DNA of 64,000 nucleotides, taken from contig OZ242195.1 in NCBI GenBank assembly GCA_965205975.1, positions 4,064,001 through 4,128,000 on the forward strand. The letters run 5' to 3'. This DNA comes from Candidatus Latescibacterota bacterium (GTDB lineage: Bacteria; Latescibacterota; UBA2968). This document shows positions 38,931 to 49,357 of this stretch, piece by piece. Under the pieces are notes generated by a model. That model ran no database searches. It saw nothing but the letters and a program-made list of their open reading frames with translations, and had not been told where the DNA came from. A program made the translations under genes and the position numbers. Numbering within the stretch: the stretch's first letter is position 1; each line of letters starts with the position of its first letter.

Positions 38931-39716
38931 CTACACCTCGGAAACCACACCGGGATACCGATTTTCAATCCACCAATCCGCGTGTGGCATCCCGCTCTCG
39001 TGCGTTTTTTTCACCAGCAAATCGATATCTATCAGCACGCGACGTAACTCGATCCGAAGGCTCTTATTCTCCCAGGCAATAACGCCATATTCTGCCCAGG
39101 GAGGATATCCCCTATCGTCCGGATTATCCAATGGATCTCGAAGAACCCGGCGTATCCGATCCTGTGCGGGAACAGGCGCACCCACACTCCCGGGATTGAT
39201 GATCGTACTATCTCCATAATAACGAACCATCTGTGTATGCGTATGCCCCCCAGCCAATACCATCGCGTGATACCCAGACAGCATGCGTTCCATCTCCTCA
39301 TCTGGCGTGTGAGAAGCGATTCCATCTTCATTAGACCGTGGAGAACCGTGATAGCAAAGAAGATTGGTAGTCGCATCCAAAGGTATTTCGACCGTTGCCT
39401 GGAACGTCCGCATGTAGTCGAGATCGTCAGGTGAAAGCCTGCGGACATCCCAGAATCGAACTTCATTTCCTCGCCTGGCATTCTCGCTCTTTCCCCTACC
39501 CGGATGAGGATCAAGACACCACACATCCATATTCCCCATAACAACAGAACCATTCAGAGATTTCAAACGAGCAAGAACCTCACATGGTTGGGGACCGTCA
39601 GAAACGGTATCACCCAGACACACAATATGATCAATGGATTCTGTTTTGAGATCATTCAAAACAGCTTCTAAAGCCACTGCATTTCCATGAATATCAGAGA
39701 TGAGGGCGATTCGCAT
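38931..39716 (-). CDS. Metallophosphoesterase, copy 2
   Basis: Same length as and near-identical to 35246-36031. Confidence 0.93.
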   Translation of the reverse strand: MRIALISDIHGNAVALEAVLNDLKTESIDHIVCLGDTVSDGPQPCEVLARLKSLNGSVVMGNMDVWCLDPHPGRGKSENARRGNEVRFWDVRRLSPDDLDYMRTFQATVEIPLDATTNLLCYHGSPRSNEDGIASHTPDEEMERMLSGYHAMVLAGGHTHTQMVRYYGDSTIINPGSVGAPVPAQDRIRRVLRDPLDNPDDRGYPPWAEYGVIAWENKSLRIELRRVLIDIDLLVKKTHESGMPHADWWIENRYPGVVSEV

Positions 39717-39774
39717 ATTCATACCTCCTTGTAGTGAGAGAGCTTCAAAGGAATTTTTGTACATCATTGGCCTC

Positions 39775-39932
39775 AAAAACAAAAAAAGCGCGGACAATCT
39801 ACCATAGGAGATGTATCCTCCTATAGCAGCTCCCCCGCGCCATCGCTTCAGTTGACGCAAAATATTAGCTCGATCAATAGGTTTTTATTGCCTGTTTACA
39901 CCAATGATACTCTATAGATCTTCGTAATGCAA
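39775..39932 (-). promoter_or_regulatory. Sigma70 promoter and leader with terminator hairpin, copy 2
   Basis: TTGCAT-N17-TATCAT; same hairpin as copy 1. Confidence 0.6.
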
Positions 39933-39993
39933 GCCTTTTGGAGAGATTTCTCAGCCCAATGGACCTCCACCTTTCTTAATAGGACTCGGACAC

Positions 39994-40518
39994 TTACTTT
40001 TTTAACTTTACAAATTCAGCAAATCCCATCCTCTTACCAGTGAGCGAAAAGATGACCATTTCATGACACACAACAACAACACGCTGAAAGGTCCGGTATC
40101 GTTCCAATACGCGACCAACACGACCACGCACACTGGACATCGGCTCCCAATCTCTCGTCTCTCCTATAGGCCACTCACTTCCCAGTTCATGCATTTCTGC
40201 CTCTGTTTCTTCGACAAGCTCCATCGAATCTCGCCATCCGCAAATCCATTCGTGCAGATCAAACTCGACTCGAAGTGGAAGATCGAGTATTCGGCTGAGT
40301 ATAGCAGCCGATTGGAGCGCCCGTGACATTGGGGATGAAATAACAATCTGAGGATCTTCATTTGACAGGGATTTTGAAGCATTCTCAATCTGGCTGATCC
40401 CCTTATCGGTCAACGGAATAATATGGGCTGCCCAACCCTCCTCTGCGCCTTTGAGATTCCCACCAGCAGCTAAATCCCAAATGGGTTCTCCATGTCGAAT
40501 AAGATAGAAAGTCGTCAT
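39994..40518 (-). CDS. Histidine phosphatase family protein
   Basis: LIRHGE, SSP..RALQSA, DLHEW, VVCH. Confidence 0.9.
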   Translation of the reverse strand: MTTFYLIRHGEPIWDLAAGGNLKGAEEGWAAHIIPLTDKGISQIENASKSLSNEDPQIVISSPMSRALQSAAILSRILDLPLRVEFDLHEWICGWRDSMELVEETEAEMHELGSEWPIGETRDWEPMSSVRGRVGRVLERYRTFQRVVVVCHEMVIFSLTGKRMGFAEFVKLKK

Positions 40519-40583
40519 TCCTCAATCTCCACTTATATGTGAAACTGAAAGACTCTCAACAGCATACGCCATCATACCTGTTG

Positions 40584-40613
40584 ACCGTTCATCAGCCTGT
40601 TAAACCGCTTATC
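40584..40613 (+). promoter_or_regulatory. Candidate LytTR-regulator direct repeat
   Basis: ACCGTTCATC / ACCGCTTATC with a 20-bp period, resembling the AlgR box ACCGTTCGTC, upstream of a LytS/LytTR operon. Confidence 0.5.
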
Positions 40614-40698
40614 ATCTTTTGCTTCTTAAAACGCGATAGATCGCCTACCTTTTGATTGATCACAAAAGAGAAGTATTCACCGTCAAAAGGAGGATGTC

Positions 40699-41562
40699 AT
40701 GTCAAAATGGAAACACGTCATATTGCAAATGAGTGCAATCTTTATAGCGCTTTTAACACCGATTCTCGCATCTGCACAGACAGATAATCCGCAACCTTTC
40801 AAAGTGGAAATAACGGGGTCCGGACATCCGATGATCTTGATTCCCGGTCTAAGTAGCTCTGGAGACGTCTGGCGCGAAACAGTCAGCCGATACCAGAACA
40901 GCTTTGAATGTCATGTCTTTACACTGGCGGGATTTGCCGGACAGCCACCCGTGCAAACAGACCATTATTTGCAAACCATGAGAGACGCCCTTATTGCATA
41001 CATCCAGGAAAACGATCTAAAAAAACCAATCCTTGCAGGACACAGTTTGGGTGGTTTTCTATCGTTGTGGGTTGCTGCAAGCATACCCGAAAGCGTGGGA
41101 TCGCTTATTATTGTCGATGCCGTGCCCTTTTTACCCGCATTACAAAACCCGGCAACAACCGTTGAATTTATGCGCGCGCCAGCAGAACAAACACGCGCCT
41201 GGATACGCTCTCAAACACCTGAACAAAGAGAAAAAGCAACGCCATCTATGCTCAAAATGATGATCACAGACCCCGCAAAAATAGATACGGCTGTCGTGTG
41301 GAGTCTATCTTCGGACCCAAACACAGTTGCCCAAGCAATGTACGAAATGTTCTTGACAGACTTGCGGACCGAAATAAAAAAAATACAAACCCCTGTACTG
41401 GTATTGGGAGCCTGGATTTCGGGGCAATCTCAGGGCGCAACGCGGGAAAGCTCACTATTGGATCTGTACAACTTTTGTTGTGGACACACCTGCTCAGAAT
41501 CATATTCAAAAAGCGGCATTGGGTCACACTGCCTTTGTGGAAACTCTTTATCCGAGTATTGA
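40699..41562 (+). pseudogene. Secreted alpha/beta hydrolase, C-terminally truncated near 41450
   Basis: Signal peptide, IPGL, GHSLGG; the catalytic-His region is replaced by out-of-frame kinase sequence. Confidence 0.7.
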
Positions 41563-42117
41563 TAGCCGACCTTGTCATCGCGATTATCAGCCAGAGCATT
41601 CAGATCTTTGGTTATTTTTATATCGATGAGATTTCGCTTGAACAATTCCGTTGGAAATTGTATGGCATCCAAATACTCAACACGAACTTTATCCTCTGGA
41701 TATGGTCGCTGTTATATGTCGTGTTCCACATGTTTGACATAACCAAACGCGGAGAACGCGAAAAATGGGAATTGCAAACAGCGGTTCAAGAAGCCGAATT
41801 GATGGCACTAAAAGCCCAGATAAATCCCCATTTTCTCTTTAACAGCCTCAACAATATCCGTGCACTGGTCATTGAAAACCCCGCACGAGCACGCGACATG
41901 ATCTCAAAACTATCTGAACTATTCCGATACGCACTACAGGTCAGCAACACCAGAAGTGTGCTATTGAAAGAGGAATTGGCAATTGCGAAAAACTATCTCC
42001 AACTCGAAGCCACCCAATTGGAAGACAGGTTGCGCTATCAATTTGACATCGCACCGGAAACACGACAAGTCGAAATTCCTCCGATGACCATACAAACTCT
42101 GGTCGAAAATGCTATAA
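41450..42117 (+). pseudogene. LytS/YehU-type histidine kinase fragment
   Basis: TM helices, LKAQINPHFLFNSLNNI, P..IQTLVENAI, then truncated. Confidence 0.85.
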
Positions 42118-42522
42118 CGCCTTGCAAGCGCGATTGAAAAACTACACGCCCAAACGCTTTCTCCTGATGAAGCTGTTGCACCGGCATTGACAGATTCGAG
42201 TCGCGTCTTTGTAAAAGATGGGGACCAGTGCTGGTTTATCAAACTCTCAGATATTCAATTGTTCGAAGTTTCTGGCAATCACACGCGGGTCTATTTTCAA
42301 AAATTCAAACCCCTTATTCCGCGCACCCTCAACCACCTTGAAGAGCGTCTGGACAAACGCATATTTTTTCGCGTCAATCGCCAACAAATTGTCAATTTAC
42401 AGTATATCGAAAAAATTGAGCCCTATTTTCAAGGCAGCCTGAAAGTATTTTTGAAAGGGGGCTATGAAATTGAAATTTCCCGACGTCAGACACAAAAGTT
42501 TCGAGAACGCCTGAGTCTTTAA
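42118..42522 (+). pseudogene. LytTR response regulator lacking most of the receiver domain
   Basis: RLASAIEK...VFVKDG..CWF, FFRVNRQQIVNL, ISRRQ. Confidence 0.85.
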
Positions 42523-42565
42523 TCCGCACAATCCAATGTACCAACTGGAAGGAGGTAACGTTATT

Positions 42566-42736
42566 ATGGCAGATTTCGGTGCAGGTATCGCCGTAGGAGT
42601 AGGTGCTGGGAATCAAAGCGCGTACAAGAAACGTGAGAAACAGCTACGCAAAGCGATCTCCGACAACGAGCTTTCTATTCGCGATAAAAATGGGGAGCCG
42701 TTGACAGTCGATGAATTTTTTGAGCTTCTCGACTAA
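42566..42736 (+). CDS. Small hypothetical protein (Gly-rich N-terminus)
   Basis: AGGAGGT RBS; 56 aa. Confidence 0.5.
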   Translation: MADFGAGIAVGVGAGNQSAYKKREKQLRKAISDNELSIRDKNGEPLTVDEFFELLD

Positions 42737-42797
42737 AACCATATGGACTTAACCCATTTTAGTGAATATCTCATCTTTTCAGATTAAAAATACGTAT

Positions 42798-42887
42798 TAT
42801 AAACCCTTGTTTTTCCGCTTAAATTGCGGATATTTGTAAATGCGGGCATGCTGATCTCGAAGGGACTTCTGAAAAGTAGTACACAAT
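42798..42887 (+). repeat. ~89-bp promoter/operator-like element, copy 3 of 3 (diverged)
   Basis: CCCTTGTTTTT.CGCTTAAATTGCGGATATTTGTAAA...GATCTCGAA.GGACTTCTGA.AAGT.GTACA. Confidence 0.75.
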
Positions 42888-42901
42888 GGGGGTAATGAAT
42901 T

Positions 42902-43102
42902 ATGAAACTACATGTCGATAAGGAAGCCGACGCACTCTATCTACGCCTTGACGACTCTGCTATTGTCGAGTCAGAAGAGGTCTCGCCGGGCGTGGTGCTC
43001 GATTACAATGCATCAAACGAAGTAGTGGGCGTAGAAATACTCTATCTCTCCAAACGCTCCTCTAATCTGAATCTTTCCGCTCTGCAATTTGAGACAGCTT
43101 GA
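42902..43102 (+). CDS. DUF2283 domain protein (putative antitoxin)
   Basis: D.EADALYLRL...ESEEV.PGV.LDY...VVGVEIL. Confidence 0.88.
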   Translation: MKLHVDKEADALYLRLDDSAIVESEEVSPGVVLDYNASNEVVGVEILYLSKRSSNLNLSALQFETA

Positions 43103-43175
43103 TCGTTTCCTACAAGAACTATCATTTTTATTTTTAACATATTCAGCCGCGCACCCTGAAGCCCATGAACGCGAT

Positions 43176-43442
43176 ATGGCAACCGGATCGATAAAGCTGG
43201 AATTTAGCAAACATGCGGTTCTTGCAAGGACAGAACGCATGATCCCTCAGGAGTGGGTCGAACGGGTGGTAGCCGAACCGATGTTGCGTATATCCGACCC
43301 GAATGACCTTGAGGTAGAACGATTTTTTCGAATCATCCCGGAACAGGGTGGCCGCGTGTTGCGCGTAGCCGTGAACACCTCCGTTACGCCCTGGCGGGTG
43401 GTGAGCGTATTCTTTGATCGAAATATGAAAGGCAAACTGTAA
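43176..43442 (+). CDS. DUF4258 domain protein (putative RelE-like toxin)
   Basis: FSKHA...ER.I..EWVERV...P, RVLRV.V, VVSVFFDR. Confidence 0.8.
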   Translation: MATGSIKLEFSKHAVLARTERMIPQEWVERVVAEPMLRISDPNDLEVERFFRIIPEQGGRVLRVAVNTSVTPWRVVSVFFDRNMKGKL

Positions 43443-43481
43443 AACTCCATTGTAATAAATGATAGTCCTACGGCTAACACA

Positions 43482-43519
43482 GCAGGCACATTGTTCTGAT
43501 TTCAATGTGCCTGTTTTTT
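43482..43519 (+). terminator. Intrinsic terminator upstream of the sigma54 promoter
   Basis: CAGGCACATTG/CAATGTGCCTG stem plus T6. Confidence 0.75.
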
Positions 43520-43524
43520 ATTTT

Positions 43525-43567
43525 AAGTGTTCATTTTCGGACACTACTGTATCAAAATCGGACACTT
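43525..43567 (+). promoter_or_regulatory. Candidate enhancer (bEBP UAS), copy 2
   Basis: Identical to 20653-20695. Confidence 0.75.
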
Positions 43568-43629
43568 ATTGAACTGCGCTCATGACACAAATTTTCATAA
43601 CTACTTGTAAAATATAGAGAATAAGTTTT

Positions 43630-43645
43630 TGGCACAGGAATTGCT
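43630..43645 (+). promoter_or_regulatory. Sigma54 -24/-12 promoter
   Basis: TGGCACAGGAATTGCT; same 64-bp offset from the UAS as copy 1. Confidence 0.8.
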
Positions 43646-43806
43646 TACTATTTTTATACATTCGCTCTATATGGATGAATGAGTAAAAATAGGGGCTGGA
43701 GATTGATAAGAGGCACACTGACGCAAAACAAAGTTGAATATTGTTCAAAGTATGACTATTTTTCCCATTCAGCTTTCACACCAAACTCTGGATAGAGGAT
43801 TTAAAC

Positions 43807-45165
43807 GTGTCAACACCCGAACGAGATGATGCGCCAAAAAAGAAAGCCGTACCCAGCTTTGTAGGCAGGGGTTCTTCATCGTCCCAACCGTCAACAGACA
43901 CCACGGGCCAGGATGGCATGGACCGCAGGGTCGAAAAAAAAGTATGGACACCAAAGCGCATCGCCAGCATCAGCGGGATCGCCGTATTTGTGTGTGCCGT
44001 GATCTACATGGCGATCTTTGGCGACCACAGCGCCCGGCTCAATGTACAGATCGACCGGATTACCATCTCGGAAGTCACGCGCGGTCCTTTCCAGGAATTT
44101 ACTGTCCAGCGCGGCACCGTATTGCCAATTCAAACATATTATATCGACGCACTGGAAGGCGGACAAATAGAGGAAATCTTCCTGGAAGAAGGAACCATGG
44201 TCGAAAAAGGCATACCCATTTTGAAATTGTCAAACCCCACCCTGGAACAAAATATTTTAACCCAGGAAGCCCGTTTATTTGAACAAATCAACAACATGGA
44301 AAACACCCGGTTGAATCTGGAAAATCGGGCCATTAGCAACCGCCAGGAACTGATGCGCGTTGAATTGAACTTGCGGGAGACAGAACGACAATACGAAAAG
44401 CAGAAAGTTTTGTTCGAACGCGGATTGACTTCCCAAGACCTGTTTGAAAGTGCGCGGGATCGATATCAAAACGATCAAAAACGCAGGTCATTTGCATTGG
44501 AAACAGTACGCCAGGACTCGCTGTATCGCATCAACCAACTCGCTGCACTGGACACGAGTGCCAGGAGTTTGCAACGGCAATTGGAGCATGTGCGCCGTCC
44601 GTTAGAGAACCTGACCGTGCGCGCGCCCATTTCCGGACAATTATCCCAATTAAATGCAGAAATCGGCCAGTTGATGAACAGGGGAAGGCGCATTGGTCAG
44701 GTCGATGTGCTCGACGCCTATAAAATGCGGGTGGGCATCGATGAATTTTACATCACCAGAATCACAAAAGGACTCAAAGGCACCATTGAAATCGACGATG
44801 AAACTTATGAACTAACAATCCGTCGGGTCTTTCCCGAAGTCTTAGAGGGACAATTTGAAGTCGATATGGATTTTGTGGATGCGACACCGCAAAGCATTCG
44901 GCGCGGTCAAACAGAACAGATCCGATTGGAACTCGACGCACCCGAAGAAGCCCTCTTGCTCCCCCGCGGTGGATTTTATCAAACAACAGGCGGCAACTGG
45001 GTATTTGTCATCGAAGGCGACGAAGCCATACGCCGCGAAGTGCGCATAGGCCGCCAAAGCCCCGAATACTTCGAAGTCCTCGCCGGCCTCTCTCCCGGCG
45101 AGCGCGTGGTCACATCGTCTTATGACAATTACGAAGAAATCGACAAGCTGGTTTTAAAGCGGTAA
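43807..45165 (+). CDS. Efflux periplasmic adaptor subunit (MacA/HlyD-like)
   Basis: N-terminal TM, lipoyl-like GG.IEEI..EEG..V.KG, coiled coil, VRAPISG, EVL.GL..GE.VV. Confidence 0.92.
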   Translation: MSTPERDDAPKKKAVPSFVGRGSSSSQPSTDTTGQDGMDRRVEKKVWTPKRIASISGIAVFVCAVIYMAIFGDHSARLNVQIDRITISEVTRGPFQEFTVQRGTVLPIQTYYIDALEGGQIEEIFLEEGTMVEKGIPILKLSNPTLEQNILTQEARLFEQINNMENTRLNLENRAISNRQELMRVELNLRETERQYEKQKVLFERGLTSQDLFESARDRYQNDQKRRSFALETVRQDSLYRINQLAALDTSARSLQRQLEHVRRPLENLTVRAPISGQLSQLNAEIGQLMNRGRRIGQVDVLDAYKMRVGIDEFYITRITKGLKGTIEIDDETYELTIRRVFPEVLEGQFEVDMDFVDATPQSIRRGQTEQIRLELDAPEEALLLPRGGFYQTTGGNWVFVIEGDEAIRREVRIGRQSPEYFEVLAGLSPGERVVTSSYDNYEEIDKLVLKR

Positions 45166-45196
45166 ACCAATCGCTTTTTACAAAAGGAGTCTCACA

Positions 45197-45874
45197 ATGA
45201 TCAAAACCGTCAACCTCCAGAAAGTCTATACCACAGAAGAAGTGGAAACAACCGCCCTGAACAATGTCAACATAGACATTGACGAAGGCGAATTCGTCGC
45301 CGTAATGGGACCCTCAGGATGCGGCAAATCCACACTCTTGAACGTACTCGGCCTGCTGGACAACCCGAGCGACGGAGAATACTTTCTAAACGAAGAAGAA
45401 GTATCCAAACACACCGAACGGCAAAGAGCCAACACCCGCAAGTCAAACATCGGCTTTGTATTTCAAAGTTTCAACCTCATCGACGAACTGACCGTCGCCG
45501 AAAACGTGGAACTGCCCCTGTTATATCTGGGCTTACCGGCCAGCGAGCGCAAACAGCGCCTGGATGAATCGCTGGAATACATGGGCATCAAACACCGCGA
45601 AAAGCATTTCCCTCAGCAACTGTCAGGCGGTCAGCAGCAGCGCGTAGCCGTAGCCAGAGCCGTCATAGCAAACCCCAACATCATCCTCGCAGACGAGCCA
45701 ACGGGTAATCTCGACTCGGCAAACGGCAACGAGGTCATGGACCTGTTGACCGAACTGAACAAAAACGGCACCACAATCGTCATGGTAACCCACAACTCGC
45801 ACGACGCGGGCTACGCCCATCGCATCATCCACCTGTTCGACGGTCATGTCGTCACGGAGAACATCAGGGGATAG
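45197..45874 (+). CDS. ABC ATP-binding protein (MacB/LolD-type)
   Basis: [31 protein letters not shown]. Confidence 0.97.
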   Translation: MIKTVNLQKVYTTEEVETTALNNVNIDIDEGEFVAVMGPSGCGKSTLLNVLGLLDNPSDGEYFLNEEEVSKHTERQRANTRKSNIGFVFQSFNLIDELTVAENVELPLLYLGLPASERKQRLDESLEYMGIKHREKHFPQQLSGGQQQRVAVARAVIANPNIILADEPTGNLDSANGNEVMDLLTELNKNGTTIVMVTHNSHDAGYAHRIIHLFDGHVVTENIRG

Positions 45875-45886
45875 CGGAAAAACCAC

Positions 45887-48313
45887 ATGCTCAAAAACTA
45901 TCTCAAAATCGCCATTCGCAACATCGCCAGAAATAAGACATTCTCCGCAATCAACATCATCGGGCTCGCGATTGGAATGGCGTGCTGTGTTCTGATTTTT
46001 TCGACGGTGCATCAACAATGGTCTTTTGATCGGTTTCACAAAAACAGAGATGTGATCTTTCGGGTATTAACGCGGGAAATTACCAGAGAAGGCGAAGTCG
46101 CATTTATGGTATTACAGCCGAAGGAACTCGCAGGCACATTGAAGGACGCATTTCCAGAAATCGTTCATACAACGCGATTTGCCAATTCGTATGTGATTGT
46201 CGGGCGTGAAGACAAGCTGTTTCAAGAACGCATTGCACTAATAGATCCGCCTTATTTGCAGATATTCACCTATCCGCTATTAGCCGGAGATGCAACTGAC
46301 GATTTGCACAGCGTGGTCATCAGCGAGCGCGTGGCGAAAAAATACTTTGGTGAAACAGAAAATTACGCCCGTGTGATAGGCCAATCGCTGCGTATTAAAG
46401 GCGCTCGAGATCCACAAGATTTTGTGGTGACAGGCATTATGAAAGCCTTGCCGTTGACCTCGAGTATGCGTGGAAATGACATTCTCATCCCCTTTGAGAA
46501 TGCATATCGAGATGACACATGGTATTTCAGGACATCGCAGACCCGGAGTGGGAATGTTGTATCGACTTATGTTCAAATCCAGGACGCGAGTCAGGCAACT
46601 GCATTAAATGAAAAACTCGCTTCTTTTACCAGCGAACTTCTGGACAAGCAGCGAAGCAGAAGGATCAAGAGCGGGCGTATTCAAGATCGCGCCGATGCGT
46701 TTCGATTGCAATTGCAAGCACTCGTAGATATTCATTTTCAAAATGAAATGCGCGGAGGATACGCACAAAAGATCAGCCCGATATTTGCTTATATCCTATC
46801 AGCCATTGGTGTGGTGGTGTTGCTGATCGCCTGTATCAATTTTACAACCCTGTCACTGGGACAATCGACGCAGCGGTCACTGGAAGTGGGCATGCGCAAG
46901 GTGTTGGGCGCACATCGCGGTAATTTGATGCGGCAGTTTTGGGGTGAAACCCTGCTGATGAGTTTGCTCGCCCTGATCCTGGGATTGGTACTTGCAGAAT
47001 TGTTTCTACCGGTATTTAACAACCTGATGGGCGGGGCAGTGGCGATTGTGCCGAGTTGGGAATTGGTCGTTGCGTTGATGGGTATTCTCGTATTTGTCGG
47101 ACTCGCCGCAGGCAGTTATCCAGCACTAATACTGTCAAAATTTCAACCCATATCCGTATTTAAGGGCAACACGCGGACAAGACGGCGCAAACCCTTTACA
47201 CGCGCCCTCGTCATCGTACAATATGCCTTGTCGATTGTTTTGATGATCGGCACGGGCATTATGGCGCAACAATTGGATTATTTGCAGTCAAAAAGTTTGG
47301 GATATACCAGCGAACAGGTGGTGGTCCTGGACAAAGCGACGCCGGAAACGCCCCAACGCTTGCGCGATGCCTTACGCGGTCATGATCGCATCGTAAATAT
47401 TGCTGGCGGTGGCTATTCATTTGTAAATAGTCAAGAACAAAGAGGCCATAGATTGCCCAATGGCAAGTCGATCACTATCTGGACCATGTGGATTGATGAA
47501 GCCTATCTGAAAACACTGGGTATTGGCCTGAAGATGGGGCGAAACTTTTCTCCAGAATTTCCGAGCGATCCTCAGCGGGCTGTAATTGTGAACGAGAAGC
47601 TGGTAGATATCTTTGGATGGGATAACCCCATTGGACAACCCTTTCCCGTACTGAACAAAAAAGAGCCGCACCAGGTGGTTGGCGTGGTGAAAAATTTTCA
47701 CTTCGAATCACTTCACAACGAAATCGAGCCAATTGCATTCTATAACTCAATAGGCGACTCGCCAGGGGATCGCGGCCCGAGCGTGATACTCGTGCGTATT
47801 CGTCCAGAAGATGTGAACGGCAGCATTGAGTTGCTGCGAGAAACCTGGAAAAAAATTGCACCCGATCGTCCATTTTCGATCGCATTCCTGGATCAACAGG
47901 TCAACCGGCAATACCACGCAGAGCAACAATGGCTCCAAATCGTCTGGTACGCATCGGGATTTGGCATCTTAATTGCGTGTCTGGGTTTATTTGGCCTCGC
48001 ATCCCTATCTGTGTCGCAGCGCACCAAAGAAATAGGCATCCGCAAAGTATTAGGCGCATCGGTAAGTGAAATCACCGCGCTTCTATCCCGGGAATTTGTA
48101 CTCCTGCTCACCATCGCCAATCTCATTGCCTGGCCCATAGCCTACTGGGCAATGGGCCAGTGGCTCAACAGCTTTGCGTATCGCATTGAACCCGGCATAA
48201 AAATATATCTTCTGTGTAGCCTGTTAGCCGTTGTCATCGCCCTGTGTACCATAAGCCTTCAAGCCATCCGCGCCGCGCGTTCCAATCCCGTTGACGCCCT
48301 GCGGTATGAGTAG
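45887..48313 (+). CDS. ABC transporter permease, paralogue 6
   Basis: Same motif set; ends NPVDALRYE. Confidence 0.95.
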   Translation: MLKNYLKIAIRNIARNKTFSAINIIGLAIGMACCVLIFSTVHQQWSFDRFHKNRDVIFRVLTREITREGEVAFMVLQPKELAGTLKDAFPEIVHTTRFANSYVIVGREDKLFQERIALIDPPYLQIFTYPLLAGDATDDLHSVVISERVAKKYFGETENYARVIGQSLRIKGARDPQDFVVTGIMKALPLTSSMRGNDILIPFENAYRDDTWYFRTSQTRSGNVVSTYVQIQDASQATALNEKLASFTSELLDKQRSRRIKSGRIQDRADAFRLQLQALVDIHFQNEMRGGYAQKISPIFAYILSAIGVVVLLIACINFTTLSLGQSTQRSLEVGMRKVLGAHRGNLMRQFWGETLLMSLLALILGLVLAELFLPVFNNLMGGAVAIVPSWELVVALMGILVFVGLAAGSYPALILSKFQPISVFKGNTRTRRRKPFTRALVIVQYALSIVLMIGTGIMAQQLDYLQSKSLGYTSEQVVVLDKATPETPQRLRDALRGHDRIVNIAGGGYSFVNSQEQRGHRLPNGKSITIWTMWIDEAYLKTLGIGLKMGRNFSPEFPSDPQRAVIVNEKLVDIFGWDNPIGQPFPVLNKKEPHQVVGVVKNFHFESLHNEIEPIAFYNSIGDSPGDRGPSVILVRIRPEDVNGSIELLRETWKKIAPDRPFSIAFLDQQVNRQYHAEQQWLQIVWYASGFGILIACLGLFGLASLSVSQRTKEIGIRKVLGASVSEITALLSREFVLLLTIANLIAWPIAYWAMGQWLNSFAYRIEPGIKIYLLCSLLAVVIALCTISLQAIRAARSNPVDALRYE

Positions 48314-48335
48314 GGGCGACCCCCTGTGGTCGCCC
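48310..48335 (+). repeat. GTAG-type REP-like element supplying the permease stop codon
   Basis: GTAGGGGCGACCCCCTGTGGTCGCCC. Confidence 0.7.
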
Positions 48336-48361
48336 GCTGACCGTTGTTCCGGAGAATCACC

Positions 48362-48619
48362 ATGCCCAAAATCTCTATCAAATTGCCGCCTTTAGACGCC
48401 GAAGACACCGTGGAAGTAACCGTAGTGGTAAACGGCAAAAGCAGAAAATACGATTACCGCATGGAACTATTCGCCTGGGAGGAACACGTCGAACCCCACG
48501 AACAGAGGGTCATGTGTTTGAAACGGATTGTGGAAAACTACGACGAAGACTGGTCGCTCGTAGAAATTGGCGAACCATCCGAACACGAGGTATCTATCCT
48601 GTTCGAACGCCGCGCATAA
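48362..48619 (+). CDS. Small acidic hypothetical protein
   Basis: GGAG RBS; 85 aa; within the operon. Confidence 0.7.
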   Translation: MPKISIKLPPLDAEDTVEVTVVVNGKSRKYDYRMELFAWEEHVEPHEQRVMCLKRIVENYDEDWSLVEIGEPSEHEVSILFERRA

Positions 48620-48629
48620 GGAGACAGAC

Positions 48630-49304
48630 ATGATCGAACTAAAAAACATCGAAAAATACTACGAAAACGGCATCGTAAAAACATTCGTACTGCGGCGCAT
48701 TGATCTACAAATTCGCGAAGGGGAATTTGTATCCATCATGGGACCCTCTGGTGCTGGCAAATCAACCCTATTGCACATCCTGGGCATGCTGGACACCGCC
48801 TCGAATGGAGAGTACCATTTTTACAACCGCGCAGTTCACAAACTGGATGAACGCGCATTGACCGAACTACACCGCGACCACATCGGATTTGTATTTCAAA
48901 GCTACCATCTAATCGACGAACTAACAGTCTCCGAAAATTTGGAAACCCCCCTCTTATATCAAAAAGTAAAAGGTGCCGAGCGCAAAGGCCGCATCGCCGA
49001 AATGCTGGACCGCTTCAACATCGTGGCAAAAAAGCGACTATTCCCCAACCAGTTATCCGGCGGACAACAGCAGTTGGTAGGCATAGCCCGAGCATTGATC
49101 ACACAACCAAAATTGATACTGGCCGACGAGCCAACCGGCAACCTGAACTCGGCAGAAGGCGAGCGGATCATGACCCTGTTCAAACACCTGAATGCCGAAG
49201 GCGTAACCATTGTCCAATGCACGCACTCAGAGAAAAACGCCGCTTACGGAGACCGCATCGTACACCTATCGGACGGATGGTTGGACCGGGACGAGCAGTT
49301 GTAA
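48630..49304 (+). CDS. Second ABC ATP-binding protein (MacB/LolD-type)
   Basis: [38 protein letters not shown]. Confidence 0.96.
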   Translation: MIELKNIEKYYENGIVKTFVLRRIDLQIREGEFVSIMGPSGAGKSTLLHILGMLDTASNGEYHFYNRAVHKLDERALTELHRDHIGFVFQSYHLIDELTVSENLETPLLYQKVKGAERKGRIAEMLDRFNIVAKKRLFPNQLSGGQQQLVGIARALITQPKLILADEPTGNLNSAEGERIMTLFKHLNAEGVTIVQCTHSEKNAAYGDRIVHLSDGWLDRDEQL

Positions 49305-49357
49305 TCCCTCCAATTAAATTCATCACTCGAACATTTTTAGAGAAAGATGGTGCCAAA

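Noticed and set aside
43439..43460. Decayed DUF2283 start after DUF4258
   Set aside because: Only about 13/21 identity in AT-rich sequence; too weak to call.
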